The notes under the pieces were generated by a model, which did no database searches, was not told the origin of the DNA, and saw only the letters and a program-made list of their open reading frames with translations. The translations under genes were made by a program, and so were the position numbers. Shown here one piece after another: positions 60,859 to 64,000 of a stretch of 64,000 bases of DNA. Origin of the DNA: an uncultured Spirochaetota bacterium (GTDB lineage Bacteria; Spirochaetota; Spirochaetia; SZUA-6; CAVTHK01); contig CAVTHK010000010.1 of assembly GCA_963734495.1 (NCBI GenBank), forward strand, positions 96,001-160,000, read 5' to 3'. Each line of letters opens with the position of its first letter. The first letter of the stretch is position 1.

Positions 60859-63800
60859 TCGTCGACGAGCTCCTCCTCGAGCCGGGCCATCTCCTCGTGC
60901 CGGGCCGCGCGAAATGGATCCCGCCGCCCTCGCCGTCGAGGCCGCGGAGGAACGCGTAGATCACGCCGCCAAAGTGGCGCTCGTAGTCGTAGCCTTCGAG
61001 GCGCAGCTTGAGGTAGCGGTGGAGCGCGAGCGCGTAGAGCCTGTACTGCAGCGTGTAGAGCTCCGCGGCCATCACGGCGGCGAGCGCCTCGGTGCGGTAG
61101 TCCGCGGGGTCGGGGCCGAGGTAGTTGCTCTTCCAGTCCACGAGCCAGAAGCGGCCGTCGAGCTGCGGCGACCAGGTCCATGTACCCGCGGAGATACCCG
61201 CGGACAGGCGCCGCGGAGAACCGCTGCTCGGACACCTCGAGGAACGCGGCCAGGCTGCGCGGCGAAATTCTCTTGAGGGGGAAGGTGAAGGGAACCTCGC
61301 GGACCGTCGCCTCCCTCGCCGGCCTCGCTCAGCCTCGAGCGGCCGACGGGGATCGCGGCGGCCCTGCGGCCGAGCTCCGCCAGCGCGGGGAGCCACGACT
61401 CGCCGTAGCCGAACTCGCGCAGCGCCTGCCGCACGACTTCGTCCGCGTCGCCCGCGCGCGCGAAATCGAGCCGCTCGAGCAGCGCGTGCACAAAGGTGCC
61501 CGGCCGGGCGCCGCGCGGGAAGTCGATGAACTCCGGTGTGCCCTCGCGAGCCGAGGCAGCCGCGGGCCGCGCCGGGCCGGCCAGGCCCGCAAGGCCTGGC
61601 TCCTCGTCGCGGTCCGCGGCGTCGTCGCCCGCGCCGGCGTCCCGGCGGGCGAGCCCGTCAGTCCGGCCGACCCCGTCCAGACGGGCAAGCGCGGTGAAGC
61701 TCGTGAGCCTGAAGGCGGCGTCGATCGTACCTGCGAATCCCCGCGCCGAGAGAGCGTCCGGGCTGCCCGCCGCGCGGCGCAGCAGGCCATGTCCCGCGGC
61801 CGGGATCTCTTCGACCGCGATCGCGCCTTTCGCTTCGCGCGCGAGGCGCTCGAGCCGCGCCCTGATCTCGTCGTCGCCCACGCCCTCGAGGCTGTCGACG
61901 CCGCCGTCGGGCGCCGGGTGCAGCAGGTAGCCGAGCGCCGACTTCTCCGCGCGGCTCGCGGCGCCCCAGGCGAACACGAGGCGCTCGCGCGCCCGGGTGA
62001 GCGCCACGTAGAGGAGCCGGAGCTCCTCGGCGAGCGACTCCTGCCGGGCGGCCTCGGCGCGCCGGTCGAGCTCCGCCGTGCCGAGGTCGAGGACCAGCTC
62101 GCCGTTTTCGTGGCACAGGGCGGCATCGCCTTCAGGGTGCTGCGGCAGGTCCCAGAGGAAGGGGCAGTAGACCACCGGCCACTCCCTGCCCTTGGCGAGG
62201 TGGATCGTCACGATCTGCACCGCCTCGGCGTCGGTTTCCATGCGGCTCGCGACCTCGGTCTCCGGCGGATGCATCCGCGTGTCCGCGAGCCACTTGAGCA
62301 GCGCCTCCATGCCGAGGCGGTCGCGGACCGCGGTCTCGTGAAGCTTCTCCGCGAGCTGCGCCAGGCGCGCCAGGCGCAGCTCGCCGTCCGCGAGCGAGAG
62401 CAGCCGCACCGCTACCTTCTCCCTGCCCATCAGGAGCCGGAACATGGGATAGAACCCGCGGCGCGCCCACACGTCCGCGTAGTCGGCAAAGCGGGAGGCC
62501 CAGCCTTCCCACTCGGCATCCGAGAGGGCGTAGATGCGGCCGCCGTCGAGCCCGAGCAGGTCGGTGGCCGCGGCCGCATGCAGCACGTGGCCGCGGCCCG
62601 GCTCGATGACGGCGGCGAGGATCCGCTGGAGCTGCTCGGCTTCGGCTGAGGCAAAGAGGTTCTCGCTGACGTTGCGGACGCTCGGGATTCCCCTCGCCCG
62701 CAGGTGCTCCTGCACCTCGGCCGCGTGCCTGTGCGTGCGCACGAGGATCGCCACATCCCTGGCCGTCACGCGGCCGCCCTGCAGGAGGCGCACGATGTCT
62801 CCCGCCAGGGCGGCCGCGACCTGCTCGCGCGCCGCTTCCTTGGATGGCCGCCTGCCTTGGATGCGGCGGATCAGCCAGATGGCGACCGGGGACAGGCCCG
62901 GCAGCTCACCCGCGCCGTCGCGCGCCGCGGCGACCGGGAGGTAGTCGATGTCCTCCACGAGGAAGGGCCTCGGCCTCGAGGCGAAGATCGCGTTCACCGC
63001 CCGCACCAGCGGCGCCGTGGAGCGCCAGTTCGTTCCCAGCGTAAAGGTGTTTTCCGCGCCGCGCCGCGCCTCGAGGTACGCGTGGACGTCGGCGCCCCGG
63101 AAGCTGTAGATCGCCTGCTTCGGGTCGCCGATGAGAAAGAGCGGCGCCCTGCCGCTGCCGAAGAGCTTGCGGAAGATCTCGAACTGCACGGGATCGGTGT
63201 CCTGGGCCTCGTCGACGAGCGCGGCGTCGTAGCGCGCGCGGACGCTCGCCACGAGGGCGCGAGCGCCGCGGCCGGCGAGAGCGCGGTGCACGTCGAGCAG
63301 GAGGTCGTCGAAGTAGCTCACGCCCAGCTCGGCTTTGCGGCGCCGCAGACCCTCGCGCGCCGCCGACAGCGCCTCGGCGCGCAGCGCGGCGGCGCGGGCG
63401 CGGTAGCCTTGGACCAGCGGCCCGGCCGCGGCGGCGAGCTCCTCGGCCCGCTCGAATGCCGGCGGGAGCGGCGCGCGCGCGTGGTCCTGCTTGAGGGCTG
63501 CCCTCGCCTGGCTCGCCGTGAGCTTCGCGAAGCTTCCGGGGAGGGCGGGGCCGGCGCCGAAGGCGACGATCTGGCGCGCCAGGTCCACCAGCGCCGGCAT
63601 CGACCTGTGCTGGTACCTGTTGCGCGCGAGGGCGGGGCTCTCGAGGAGGAAGCGCTCGGCGCCCGCGTCCCATGCCTCGCGGAACCGTTGCAGCGCCTCC
63701 TCGAAGGCGCGCTCGAGCTTCGCCGGCTTCGCGAGCTTCGCCGCGGCCCGCGGCTCGGGCGCCACGCGCATCCCGAGCCGCGCCCCGTAGCGCGCCACGA

Positions 63801-64000
63801 GGTCGGCCAGCGAGTCCGGGCCCACGCCGCTCGAGCGCAGGTACGCGAGGTAGAGCGGCGAGAAGCCTTCGGCGGCGCGGCGCCAGAAGTCGTCGGCCGC
63901 CTCCTGCAGGAGAGCGGCCTGGTCCGTGATGAGCTCGCCGTCGAAGAGCGCGCCCGACTCGAAGGCGCTGTCGGTGAGCACGCGCCTGCAGAAGGCGTGG
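60855..64000 (-). CDS. recB: Exodeoxyribonuclease V beta subunit (5' end beyond the window; frameshifts in the nuclease domain)
   Basis: H.FC.RVL..AFESG, LVDEAQDTD, IGDPKQAIYSFRGAD, NWRS, VTIH.AKG.E, RLLYVALTRA, GYMDLV, DWKSN.LG, QYRLY. Confidence 0.94.

Overview
Core-chromosome segment of a very GC-rich bacterium. Gene order and gene families point to a spirochaete (Spirochaetia): comF-rimP-nusA-infB-rbfA-truB-rpsO-pnp-M16-dut-lptF-lptG-tgt, mnmE-mnmG-rsmG-LysM-SLT, PBP1A near an M23 peptidase, a DUF5312-like gene and a spirochaete/mitochondrial-type EF-G. I saw no rRNA, tRNA, CRISPR array or mobile element. Many genes, including essential ones, carry indels clustered at about 1-9 kb, 25-30 kb, 55.4 kb and 59-61 kb, most likely assembly errors. 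Most interesting observations: (1) a candidate sigma28-type small RNA (about 25071-24983, minus strand) whose C-rich loop is complementary to the ribosome-binding site of an orphan gene with flagellin-like motifs at 14254; (2) a sigma28-type operon with a very acidic scaffold-like protein and two Maf-family genes; (3) a four-gene outer-membrane/lipoprotein cluster built from FlgT-, CsgG- and LPP20-like modules; (4) a membrane protein joining a DnaK substrate-binding-like domain to a LysM domain, next to a lytic transglycosylase; (5) a signal-peptide PIMT coupled to a polytopic membrane protein with a methyltransferase-like loop; (6) about ten genes with apparently leaderless promoters. All family assignments come from motif recognition by eye, with no database search.
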